Assembly (NCBI GenBank): GCA_044892525.1
Contig: CM097885.1
Location: forward strand, 35,900,001 to 35,964,000
Direction: 5' to 3'
DNA length: 64,000 nt
DNA from: Schmidtea polychroa
Lineage: Eukaryota
Shown: in pieces, positions 20,001-32,681 of the stretch
Numbering within the stretch: the stretch's first letter is position 1
Layout: each line of letters opens with the position of its first letter
Notes under the pieces: generated by a model
What the model was told of the DNA's origin: nothing
Database searches by the model: none
What the model saw: only the letters and a program-made list of their open reading frames with translations
Position numbers and translations under genes: made by a program

Positions 20001-23000
20001 ATTGATAATTTTTAGAGTTGATGGTTTAGTAAATATTCAAGTAAATTTCTATAATTTTTGTGAATTTTTATCGTTTTTTTATTGTGAATTTTTATCGTTT
20101 TTTGTGAATTTCTATTATTTTTGCGGATTTCTATTATTTTCCGTAATTTTTGTGATTATCTGTAATTTTTGTGGATATCTATCATTTTTGTGAATTTTTA
20201 TCGTTTTTTGTGAATTTCTATTATTTTTGCAGATTTCTATCATTTTTGTGAATATCCCTAATTTTTTGTGAATATCTGTAATTTAATGCTAATTCTAAGG
20301 TAAATTTAATTAATTTCTTGATAATTGGATGTATTTTTATTGACTTGTTTTTAAATAAAAATTTATTTTTAATGAGGTTAATAATTAGAGTTTTTACAAT
20401 AATCAAGTGATAGAATAAATTTTGATGAGGATATTGAATAATTTTCTAAGAATTTCATGTTGACTGATTAAAAGTTATAATGGTGATAAATTTAATTGAT
20501 AAATTTAATTAATTTCTTGATAATTAGTGGTATTTTATTGAATAGTTTTTAAATAATAATTAATTTCAAGTGATAGAATAAATTTTTAATGATAAGTTTG
20601 TAATATATTTCACTAAATAATTTTTTCAATAATTTTCTAAGAATATTTACTCATTGATGAACTTTAAAAAACATGAGCTAAGAAACTAGTTAACTTTATC
20701 AATAACTTAAAATTTACTTGATAATTATTGTAGGATATACAGAAATTTAGTTTGCTGTTATTGCTTGAAAATGATTGGTTGAATCGATGAAGAATTATAA
20801 TCAAACAATATATTTCATCTCCAGTATTTGATGGTAAATATTTGTAGAAAATATTGATTTTTGATCTTTTAGTGAACTCTTACTACATAGCTACTAAATT
20901 ATTTCAATGGAAGAATATTTGGTGTCTGTAACAATTAAGTCATATTTTTGAAGTTCTCTAAGGATTTTAAGAGGATTGAGTGAATTAAAGGAGGATTCAA
21001 GTGGATAGAATTGAAGGATATATTCGGTTAGATGTTTAAAAGGGTAGAAATATTTGGTGAGAGATCGGATAAGATGGGATATTGTCGGTTAGATTTAATG
21101 AGAGATCGGATAAGGTGGGGAAAATATGATCTTTTGAGGGGATATAGTCGGTTAAATTTAATGAGGGATGGGTTAAGATGGGAATATATCATTGTAAGGG
21201 AGATATAGTCGATTGACTTAAATGAGAGATCGGTTAAGATGGGAAAATATGATCTTTTAAGGGAGATATAGTCGATTAAATTTAATGAGAGATGGGTTTA
21301 GATGGGAATAAATCATTGTAAGGGAGATATAGTCGATTTAATTTAATGAAGGATGGGTTAAGATGGGAATATATCATTGAAAGGGAAATGTTGGTAAAAT
21401 ATCAATGTTTTAAGGGAAATGTCAATACATTAGTTATGAATCAATAATAATTATATTGTTTTATTAGGTTGTGATTAATGCACAGTAAATTAATTTAGAA
21501 CAATGTTTTATTAAGTATGGATAATGATCGATTTACTTGGTTTTGATAATGAAATCTTTACAGATAATTGGGATTGATATCAACTTTAAATTATTTTTAT
21601 CTTTATTTAGGTGGACAACGACAAAAGTTGACCATTTGAATAAATATATTTTATTGAATGGATAAATTTAATCTTTCAATGGGTTATATTTATTTTAAAT
21701 TTCGGGTACAGTAATTTACAAAAATTTACAGTGATTAACAAAAATTTAATTATAACTGGTTTTATCAATAGTGAAATATGTATGATAATAGGAATTAAAG
21801 TTAGAATTATAGTCATTTAAAGGGGATTTTAAGCAATCTTATTAATCTGAGGGGAATATATGACCTTTTACGGGTACTTATCGATAAGATACCAATCTTT
21901 AAAGATAGAGGTATTTCAGGGATATTTGATGCTTTTTAGATGATTTTAATGAATTATTTGTAATAATATGAATTAAGGGTAGAAATATAGTCATTTAAGG
22001 GATTTTAAGGAATCTTGTTAGTTTGAGGTGAATATATGATATTTAACAAGTACTTATCGATAAGATACTAATCTTTAAAAATAGAGATATTTCAGGCGAA
22101 ATGATTCTTTTTAGATGATTTTATTAGAGAATTCGCTTGAATATACCAATTATTGTCATTTGAATGAATTTTCTGGTTTGTTAGTTTTCTAGTCTCTTTT
22201 GGAATTTAATGATAATTATTTTTATTGTAGATTGATGACATTGATAATTTTAATGAATTTATACTGATTTTTGAATATTTTGAGCATTCAGTCAATCAAT
22301 TTGAGTACATGTATTATTTTTAAAAAAAAATAATTAAAATTAATTTTATTTCAATTAATTTATTCAATCTAAATCAATTATCTACTAAATCTTATCTTAT
22401 TAATTTATTATCTTAGTTGATTCAACTTGAATGATCAGTATTTTTTTATTTACTGGATGATTAATGAATAGAATTCTTTCTTGTCTATTAATTAAATTTT
22501 TATGATATTTATTTTGAGTAAATTTAAATTTTTGCAATTATTTAATCAATTTTTACCAAGTTATTGATGTCTTGAGTTCAATTAATTTTCCATCTAATTT
22601 TTCAAGTGATGAGTATTTTTCTTTTAAAGATCAATTTGTTAGTACATAGTTGTTGGTTGTAGGTAGTTGGTTGTTAGTACTTGGTAGTTGGTAGTTGGTA
22701 TCTGATTGACTTTTTAGATTTTGATAAGAAGATAGTGTATGTGATGAAGAATATTTTGTATTTAATTGCTATTATTTTTATGTGTGGTTAGTTGATTGTT
22801 GGTACTTGGTATCTTGTATTTGGTAGCTGGTACAGTGTTGTTATATAGTTGTAGGTTGATAATGCTTAGTAGCTGGTTGTTGTGGGTTGTAAGTGTTTAG
22901 TATTTAGTTGTTTGAGACCTGGTTGTTAGTACATGGTAGTTAATTAATGAGTAGGTGGTGGTTGAGTGTTACCAATAGCCTTACGACCAGTACCTTTACG

Positions 23001-23532
23001 ACTAATACCCTTACGACCAGTACCCTTACGACCAGTACCCTTACGACCAGTGCCCTTAGGGGGTCAAAACATCCTGTCGGATAAACTCAGAGTATATATA
23101 ATAAAACTGATCAACAATAAGTATTTATTGAATGTGATTTTTACTTTGCAATAATAAGTTATCATTTAAAAGAAGATGTTTTTGTAAATTAGAATTCATT
23201 AGTATTTCATTGTAATTTAAATTATTTTGAATTTCACGTGGTGTTTTAAAGTGATTGAGTTGTGGTTTTTTGATGAAAGTCAACATGTTTGTTAAATTTA
23301 GACATTTTGAAAAGGTTTTCTATTGATTGTAATTAAACATATTTTTAAAGACAGATAAAAAATTAATTTAAAAACATTTCATAAAATACAATAAAGAATA
23401 CTTAGTTGGTTGTTAGTAACTAGTTGTAGGTATCTGGTTGTTTGAGAGTTAGTTAGTACGTGGTATCATGTTCAAAGTATTTGTTAGCATCTAGTTAAAA
23501 ATATTTAGTAACCGATTGTTGGGAACTGTTGA

Positions 23533-23584
<52 letters not shown>

Positions 23585-25556
23585 CATTAAAATTTCCATT
23601 AAAAAATTAACTTAAAAAATTATTTCATTAAAATTAACTTAAAAAATTTTACATTTAAAATTAACTTAAAAAAAATTTCCATTTAAATTTTCATTAAAAA
23701 TTACATTTCTCAAAAAAGTTGGTGGTTATTCAATCTTTTGATAATAAATTTAAAAATCTTACTTTAATTTACTTATTTAGCTTTAATTTAAAATTTGAAC
23801 CATTGGTTACTTAATTTTAAATTTTGAACCTTAATTTTCCTTAATTTATCCTTAATTTACCTAATTATTCTTTATTTCTTAATTTTACACCATAATTTAC
23901 TAAACAACTAATTATAACCCTTATTTTCATATTTAACTAATAATTTCATGTGGTCATTGATTAATTGACGAAGATTTGCATCTAAAATTAACATTGAAAA
24001 TCCCAGAAAACTTTCATCTTAAATTGACTTTAACTTTAATATTTTAGACCATTGATTACTTAATTTTAAAATTAGACATTAATTTACTTATTTAACCAAT
24101 AATTTCATGTGGTCATCTGGTTGTAAGTACTAGGTATCTAGTTGTTATTACTTGGTTGATGATGCTTAGTACCTGGTTGTTGACGGCTGTGAGTAGTAGG
24201 TATCTGGTACCTAGTTGTTAGTATCTAGTTGTAGGTATCTCGTTGTTGGTGGTACTTGGTAGGTGGTAGCTAGTCGGTTGTAGGTACTTAGTACTTGGTT
24301 GTATGTACTTGGTAGATGGTTGTAGGTACTTAGTAATTGGTAATTAATGATTAGTACCTGGTTGTTGTTGGTTGTTAGTACTTGGTATCTAGTACCTAGT
24401 TGGTTGATAGTACTTAGTAACTAGTTAATGGGTAGGTGGTTGTAGGTACTTGGTAGGTGGTTAATAATGCTTAGTAACAGGTTGATGTTGGTTGTATGTA
24501 CTTGGTATCTAGTACCTAGTGGTTAGTATGTGGTTGTAGGTACTTGGTAGGTGGTAGTTAGTTGTTGTCGGTTGTTAGTACTTGGTACCTAGTTGGTTGC
24601 TTGTTTTTGGTTGTTAGTACTTGTTAGATGGTTGTAGATACTTAGTATCAGGTAACTAGTTGTTAGTAACTAGTTGTAGGTACTTGGTATCTGGTAATTG
24701 GTTGTAAGTATCTGGTTGTTTGAGAGTTATTTAGTACGTGGTATCATGTTGAAAGTATTTGGTAGCAGGTAACTGATTGTAAGTACTTGGTAGCAGGTTG
24801 TTAGTAACTAGTTGTAGGTATCTGATTGTTAATACATGTTCATAAGTTACTGGTTGTTGGTACTAAGTTGTTGGTTTGTTGTTGAATTATTATTAAAATT
24901 TGTCTTTGAAAAATATTTCATAGAAATTTTCATTAAAAATTATCTTAAAAATTTCCATCTAAAATTATCATTGAAAAATATTTCATAAAAATTTCCATTA
25001 AAAATTAACTTAAAAAATTATTCCATAAAAATTTCTATTAAAAATTACTTAAAAAATTATTTCATAAAAATTTTCATTAAAAAATTTCAATTCTCAAACA
25101 CCTTCTATTATTTCAACTTTTTGTTAATAAATTTTAAAATCTTACTTTAATTTACTTATTACATTACTTATTTAAAAATTATTACTTTAATTTACTTATT
25201 TAACTTTAATTTAAAATTTTTGACCATTGATTACTTAATTTTAAAATTTGGACCTTAATTAACTTTAATTTAATTTTTTAGAACCTTAATTTAGTTATTT
25301 GAGCCCATTCATTACTTTAATTTAAAAATTTGAACCATAATTTACTTTAATTTAATTTTTAGACCATAATTTACTGTAATTTAAAAATTTGGACCATAAT
25401 TTACTGTAATTTAATTTTTTAGGACCATTATTTACTTTAATTTAATTTTTTAGGACCATTATTTACTTTAATTTAATTTTTAGAACCATAATTTACTTTA
25501 ATTTAATTTTTTAGGACCATAATTAACTGTAATTGAAAAATTTGGACCATAATTTA

Positions 25557-25772
25557 CCGTATTTTAGCGCATATAACGCGCACGGTATCTGATTACAATA
25601 AACAATAAAACCGATGGTAGAGTTACTGTCACATCATAAAAATATTTCCACTGGCAATGCCGCCACGTGTAAAATATAAATCATAAAGCGCGCACCCACA
25701 GATACCGCGCATGGGGGGTGCACGGTTTGTAAAAATGCGTATAACGTGCGCGTTATATGCGCTAAAATACGG
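25557..25772. mobile_element. 216-bp Tc1/mariner(pogo)-type MITE inserted in the right arm only
   Basis: TA|CCGTATTTTAGCGCATATAACGCGCACG...CGTGCGCGTTATATGCGCTAAAATACGG|TA. The empty TA site is at 11983-11984 in the left arm. Confidence 0.95.
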
Positions 25773-27892
25773 TACTGTAATTTAATATTTTAGAACCTAA
25801 ATTTACTGTTATTGAAAAATTTGAACCATAATTTACTTTAATTCAAAAATCTTAGCCCATAATTTACTTTAATTCAATTTTTAGACCCATAATTTACTTT
25901 AATTTAAAAATTTGGACCATAATTTACTTTAATTTAATTTTTTAGAACCAAAATTTACTTTAATTTAATTTTTAGAACCATAATTTACTTTAATTGAAAA
26001 AATTTACCACGTTTTTTAGTGTAGACCACCTTTTTCTCAGGACCAAGGAGACCCGCATTAATTGGCCTAGAAAAATCCATGCTTTTTATTGATAATCGGA
26101 TTTTTGTATTGAAAATATCCTGAGACCTTAAATTGCCACTCTTTTTTAGTGTAGACCACCTTTTTCTATTGAAAATATCCTGAGACCTTAAATTACCATG
26201 CTTTTTTATTGAAGACCACCTTTTTCTATTGAAAATATCCTGAGACCTTAAATTGCCACTCTTTTTTAGTGTATACTGCCTTTTTGTATTGAAAATATCC
26301 TGAGACCTTAAATTACCATGCTTTTTTATTGAAGACCGCCTTTTTCTATTGAAAATATCCTGAGACCTTAAATTGCCACTCTTTTTTAGTGTATACTGCC
26401 TTTTCGTATTGAAATTCTCAGGACCACGTTTTTTAGTGTAGACCACCTTTTTCTCAGGACCAAGGAGACCCACCTTAATTGAACTAGAAAAATCCATGCT
26501 TTTTTATTGATAGTCGAATTTTCTATTGAAAAAATTTTATTTGTATTGAAAATTCCAGGACCAAGGAGACCCACCTCACTATAGTCTGAAAAATCCTTCG
26601 CTTTTTTAGTGGTAGTAGGATTTTTGTATAGAAAAAAATTTTTTGTATAGAAAATCCCAGGACCATCGAGACCCTCTCACTATAGTGTGATAAATCCTTG
26701 GCTTTTTTAGTGGTAGTCGGATTTTTGTATAGAAAAAAATTTTTTGTATTGAAAATCCCAGGACCATCGAGACCCCTTCACTATAGTCTGAAAAATTGCG
26801 TAATCAAAAGTTGCAGCAAAAAAAAGTTGCAGCAACCCCCCCCCCCCCGGGGGGGGGGTCATTGCTGCGGTGGGCCACTATCTACCTACTACAGTGCCCC
26901 CAAAAATTACAGCACGAATTACTAATTCCTAAATATCATTTTTATTAACGGTTGGTGAGTGTTCACTTTTATAGTGAGTTATAGAAAAATGGGGTCTTTT
27001 TATAAACCCAACCACTTTCTTAAAGTTTTCGAGAAAATCATTGTTTTATTGTATTATCTGCTATGAAAATACATTCGAAAACATTTTTGAAACTAATTTA
27101 TCAGCAAAAGGGTAATATTTTTGTTCTTTCTAATATAAATAGAAGTCAATTTATTGAATATTACGGTTATAGATAATATTTATAGTGTATTTATCATAAT
27201 ATGTGAGAAGAATTCATTGAAAATTTTAATTTTGTCCTGCAGTAAATCATGTATGATCTTCTCGGTGGGATATACCATAGTGCCTTATTGTGAATGAAAT
27301 TGTTCCTTCATATATTACTTTTATAATTATTTTTGACATAATCCTATTCTATTATTAAAAGGCTTAAACTAAAATAGTAGATTTGTCATATTTCTGGACC
27401 TCACTTGGAAAAATGTTCAAGAGCCATTGCTAGAATAATTTATACTTCTGTACAAGAATGAAAAAAAACGTTCAGAATAAGGGCGTGTTGTAGTTTTATC
27501 ATCATTTTTAGACTTCAACAGATATTTCAAACAGGCTGGGAAATTCTAAATCATCTAAATATTTTTCTTTTATCTTTCCTTCTTTATAATTAATTTTGTT
27601 TTAAAAATAATATTAAAATGGAACTAAATAATTAGTCACTAAGTTCTTGGGTGTAACCATTCAGAAAAAATCTTTTTTGATATTTTAAAATTACTTTGCA
27701 ATTAATAGTATTTATATGTGTAATGTAGACATACATTGAAACAAAATTGTAAATAATATTATGATAACAAATTTTTTTGAAATTTAGTCTAAAAACGAAT
27801 TAGTTAAAACTACATTTAAATGAAAGAAATATATTAAAGATTATAATTCAATATAAAATTATTCTTCTCTCAATCTTCCGGGGTCTCATTAA

Positions 27893-28145
27893 CACTAGAT
27901 TTACTGATATTATTACTGGCATTTGACGGGTGTCAGTAAATAGGTATATAGTATATACTATATATATACTATATACAACACATTTCCGCTAAACTAAAAG
28001 AGCGACAAAAAAGGATAGTGATATATTCGCGTATCATTGTATCATTAATAACCAACATTTAAAAAATGGAAAAAATAATATTTCTCTTATTATTTTAATT
28101 TTTAAAATTGAATCCGTCAAATTGATGGGTTCCGTAAATCTAGTG
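27893..28145. mobile_element. piggyBac-like MITE
   Basis: TTAA|CACTAGATTTAC...GTAAATCTAGTG|TTAA. Confidence 0.8.
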
Positions 28146-31100
28146 TTAACCGTGTTACGAATCAACCAGGGTAACAAAAAATTTGAATATATTTTCAATA
28201 ATTTTTAAAATATTATTTATTTATGTAATAACAACTAATAGAAAATAAAACTGCCAAAAATTGAACAATGAACAAATATACTACTTGCTTTCGTATTTTA
28301 AATAAAATTATCATTGGTTTCTTTTCCAAACTTGGCCGAAAAATGTATTCAACACAAAAATATTTCATATCATTAGGTGTAATAAGATTAAATAACAATA
28401 TGTGAAAAGATCTTTTCACGAAAAGTAAACTATCACTGTCAAGATAATCAATCAAACATGCAGGCCTTCATACATATTAATTATAAACATTAACATAACA
28501 TAATATAGGGGACATGATAATCAAATATCCCCGTACAAGTACAAATTTAATAATTACACTACACTGTAGTGACTACAGACTATACGCATATTTGTTGTAA
28601 AATAATAAAAAAATTAATTTTTAATTTTTTAAAAATACTTATCGGAGAAAGTTGTCAAAAGTAATTAATATAATAAAAAATATAAGACCCAAAATTTACT
28701 CCAGCTGAATTTAAATGGAAAAAAGAACCATTGAATTTGTTTCCCATTTTTTGGATATAAATTTGATAAAAGATATCATATTTTTCTGAAAACAAAATCG
28801 CTGTCAACTGATTTGAATGAATTCATTAATTAACAGCTAGGCGGGTCGGACTGGCAAATTTTAACAAATCCGTATGTTGATGGTCCAATGAATTTAAAAC
28901 CGAACATTTTCATCCGACTTCATTATTAATTGTTTGTTTACATGACATGAAAGTGAAATTTTATCCTTCTGTTTGTTTTAATAACAACTGATTTCACTAT
29001 CTCATTTAATCTAAAAAACAAGAGAAAAATAATATTATTTAAATTAAACAAAAACTCTGATTTAAATCCGAAATGAACACCAAATACCAAGCTTGTCGGT
29101 AAATTCTTCAATTCAAAATAGTTTCATCAACTTTCTATATTTATTTTTATATTGGAATTATAGAAACTTTGTGATCAACTTAAAATTCTAAATTTAGTAT
29201 CTTAATTAGATGACCGTTTGAGGGTAACCTAAACTCTAAATAATATTTCAACCGTCGGTATCGACTTTAGCAAAAAAAAGCAAAGCTGATTTATTTTATG
29301 TTCTTAAAAAATTAAAATCAAAGTTTTATTTCTAAAATATCATTGTGTTAGTTCAAAATGTTCTCATAAAAATTGTAGGAAGTTAAATCCTAAAATTACC
29401 GTGAACACCTTGATTTTGTTGAATAAAATTGTCTATAATACAAGTTGGTGCGCAAATTAATAAATGGTTCGTCATTTGTCAGCATTTTTTTTTCAAATTA
29501 GGAATTTACAAAATTTGAATAGTTTTTTAAAATTTAATTTAAATTTTAATAATTTTTAATTTAAATTTACTTTTTAAACATTGTTCTCCAACTATTTTAA
29601 TTTTATTTACATTTTATTTACGTTTTATTTACATTTTATTTACATGACGATTATTCATAAAATAATGTTTTTAGGTTTCTATTTCACTTTGTAAGTTTTT
29701 CTATCCATTTTTTTGTAAATTTAAAATTTTTAACCGTTTAAATTCGTCCTCATAATTTACTATTTTATCTCTTTATTTTCTCAACAACTTTTATTTTTTT
29801 AATTGAATTGAGCAATTTATTCGGCATTGCATTTTACCATATTCTAATAGCCAATAATTTAGTTGTAATAAATTTAAATAAATTTAATTTAAATTTAATT
29901 TTAAACATGATATATTTTAAATATTTTATTTAATATGCCCGAGGCACAGCCTAAATAAAAATTTTAAATTTTTTGGAAATTTCTAAATAAAATATATTAT
30001 GATAAAAAAATTTCTATTTCAGAGTTTTCCCGTTAAAAATTAGTTCCTATCCATAAAACTTACTGTCCAAAAATAAGTCTTAATGTTTAGTAATAAAATA
30101 TATTCAAGTGGTTTTAAAATTTTCACTTGTATATCTCATATATGCTGAATTATTCATTTAAATTTCAAATAACTTGTTTAAGCAAAATCTTTTCATTTAG
30201 TTTATTTACTCCTAAAGTTATTGTCTAATTCTACAAAAAGGTTGTCTTAATTCTTAAAAATTTGAAATTATTTATACTACTGACAAGTACTAGTAATAAG
30301 TCAATGGCTTAGTTCATCAGTAAAATTTATAATTTGATTTTAACCATTGATCTAAATTAAAACAGAAGCAAGAAATAGATTATGCGCGACAAATGATATG
30401 CGAGTTGCACTGGCCAAGACAAAGCCAAACCTAGAAGCTCTAGTTCTGGAAAAACGCCTGCAATCGTCGCATTAAAATTGTTATTTAACTTTTACGATGT
30501 AATATTTTCTCAATATATATGTTTTATTTGCTATACCTTTTTTATTTTTATTATTAGGGGTCCGCAAGCTATCTAACAATTTTTAAAGGGACCGCCTCGC
30601 AGAAAATTTCAAAGAATTTGAGAACCGCTGATCTAAAATATTTTTCATCTATATGACAATCGCTTAATACATTTTTGAATAATAATAATTTTGATTAATA
30701 ACGCTAGATGTAAAATTGTAAGTTTTATGTACCGAAATGGTTTTTGTCCTTCGCGTTAATTCGAGTCTTGAACTTTTCGTCAATTTCTGCTATAAATTTC
30801 TATCTCTCGCGTTATACTCGAGTATCTATGGTAATTACAAGTTAGCCGAAAATTTTGAATTTCCTTTAGATTTAGTGAAGATTTATTTTTAAGTTAACTA
30901 GATAGCTTATGGCTTTCATTTTTTTGTTACCAAGTTAAATTTTTACTGTATAATTAATAAGATTAAAAAATAATTAACATAAATCTTTATTGGTGACATA
31001 TAGCTACAAATGTGAGGGCCGGAACAATTAACATTAATGAAACAGACAGGCATTAATACATAAAATTTATAAGGAATTGCATAATGTATCCAATTCCACT

Positions 31101-31506
31101 CGATAAAATTTTGTACATTAAAAAAAATCAATAAATTTTATAATATTAGCAACGCACTAATTTACCTGTATGTTGAAAATCTTGTTAAACTTGATAACAT
31201 TTTCATTATAGGATTCGAACTTGGTCAGAAAAATAAATTAATACAAAAACGTACGAAAATTGCGATAAAATTTGTCATTGCGTTTGATAGTAACCATGAA
31301 ATTATAATTTTTGTAAAAAAAATATTAAATCAAGAATTTTCACATTATAATTTGTAAACACAAATAAATCTTCATATTATTTTTTATTTTTTACTAATAA
31401 TTAATTTACTTAATTATTTTTCAAATTAAGTTAAAATTTTTAATTTAAAAAATATTTTTCTATTTTAATTAATCCTTAACACAATATTTGTACATAAACT
31501 TAATCT

Positions 31507-31942
31507 AGTACCCCGTCAAAAGGGCGCTGATAATACGGCCCCGACATAAAGGCCACCGCCAATAGGACCACGTAGATAAACATATTTGTACGTAGAAAAG
31601 AAAGATATTATATGTATGTTGATTTCAAAACGACGTCATCCGTGACTTTTTAGGCGTCAACTGTTAAATCCCAAAAGAAGGCCTACCTATCTCTGGTACA
31701 AACGATTTGAATTGTTTAAAATAGGTTCTATACATTTTTATTACAGATGCATATAGTACCATGGAATGGTTTTGGCGGGGGAGCAGCTGGCATTTCATAA
31801 GGACCAGGAGAGGCAGGAATAGTAAATTTGGTACGAATTCGATCAATCTTGTCAGTTTTGCCAAGGGGTATTTTGTTAGAGGCCCTTTTGACGGGGTCTT
31901 TTTGTCGGGACCGTAATATCGGAGCCCTTTTGACGGGTCACC
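31507..31942. mobile_element. MITE with imperfect TIRs and short subterminal repeats (Mutator/Merlin-like)
   Basis: AGTACCCCGTCAAAAGGG...CCCTTTTGACGGGTCACC. The flanks cttaatct and tttaattt could be a degenerate TSD. Confidence 0.65.
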
Positions 31943-32681
31943 TTTAATTTGTTGTTAAATAAAGAAACCAAATGCTATGTTGACTTGTGGATAAGCATCC
32001 GTACTGTTACTTGAGAGTTAAAATCGAGCTCACTGGCACAGATATATGATACAACTATGAAATTGAGATATTTACTTATTTTATTACCTCATAATTACAA
32101 TTGTTGATAATTGGTTAACACATTGACAACCGATCGGAGAGATCTACCCGTTAGGCACAGATTGGATTATTTTCAAGAGATTTGTAACAAATTCTGATGT
32201 CTATTCCTCACTTCACTCCTTTGCTCAAAGAGTAAAATAGATTTGAAAATGTCACTAGTTGTCGCTTGTAAAAAATACGCCATGGCTAGCTCATAATTAG
32301 GTGCAATTCGTTCGGTCGGTTATATGTTAATATAAGAAATTAAGAAGAATATATTTTTTGAATAAAATCAAACACATTTAAAATTTGCAAAAAAATTTAA
32401 AAAAAAATTAATTTCTATTAATAATATTTTTTAACTTCTATTTATTATTTTTTTACAAATCGAAATGAAAACCTTTTTTACAGAAAGCAATTTATAATTA
32501 AACAATTCGTTACTAAAATCCACAATAAATATTGAAAAGGATTAAATTTTCATTTGCAACATTTTTTATTTGCATTTGCCGTTGAGAAATTAATATAAAC
32601 CTGCAAGAATTGTAAATGTTGGGGTTATAATATTGGAATTATTTTAAAACAAAATTGAATGAAAACCTATTGAAATAGAGA

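Larger units (their letters stand above)
10875..26890. mobile_element. 16-kb non-autonomous fold-back element with Maverick/Polinton-type ends
   Basis: Arms 10875-18264 and 19270-26890 are near-perfect inverted copies. Termini are AGTAGGTAGATAG...CTATCTACCTACT with a 6-bp TSD ACAGTG at 10869-10874 and 26891-26896. No credible coding ORF. Confidence 0.85.

Noticed and set aside
10875..26890. Pure assembly fold-back artefact
   Set aside because: A perfect TSD, a unique spacer, an arm-specific MITE with an empty site and repeat-number differences argue against it. Read-level confirmation is still needed.
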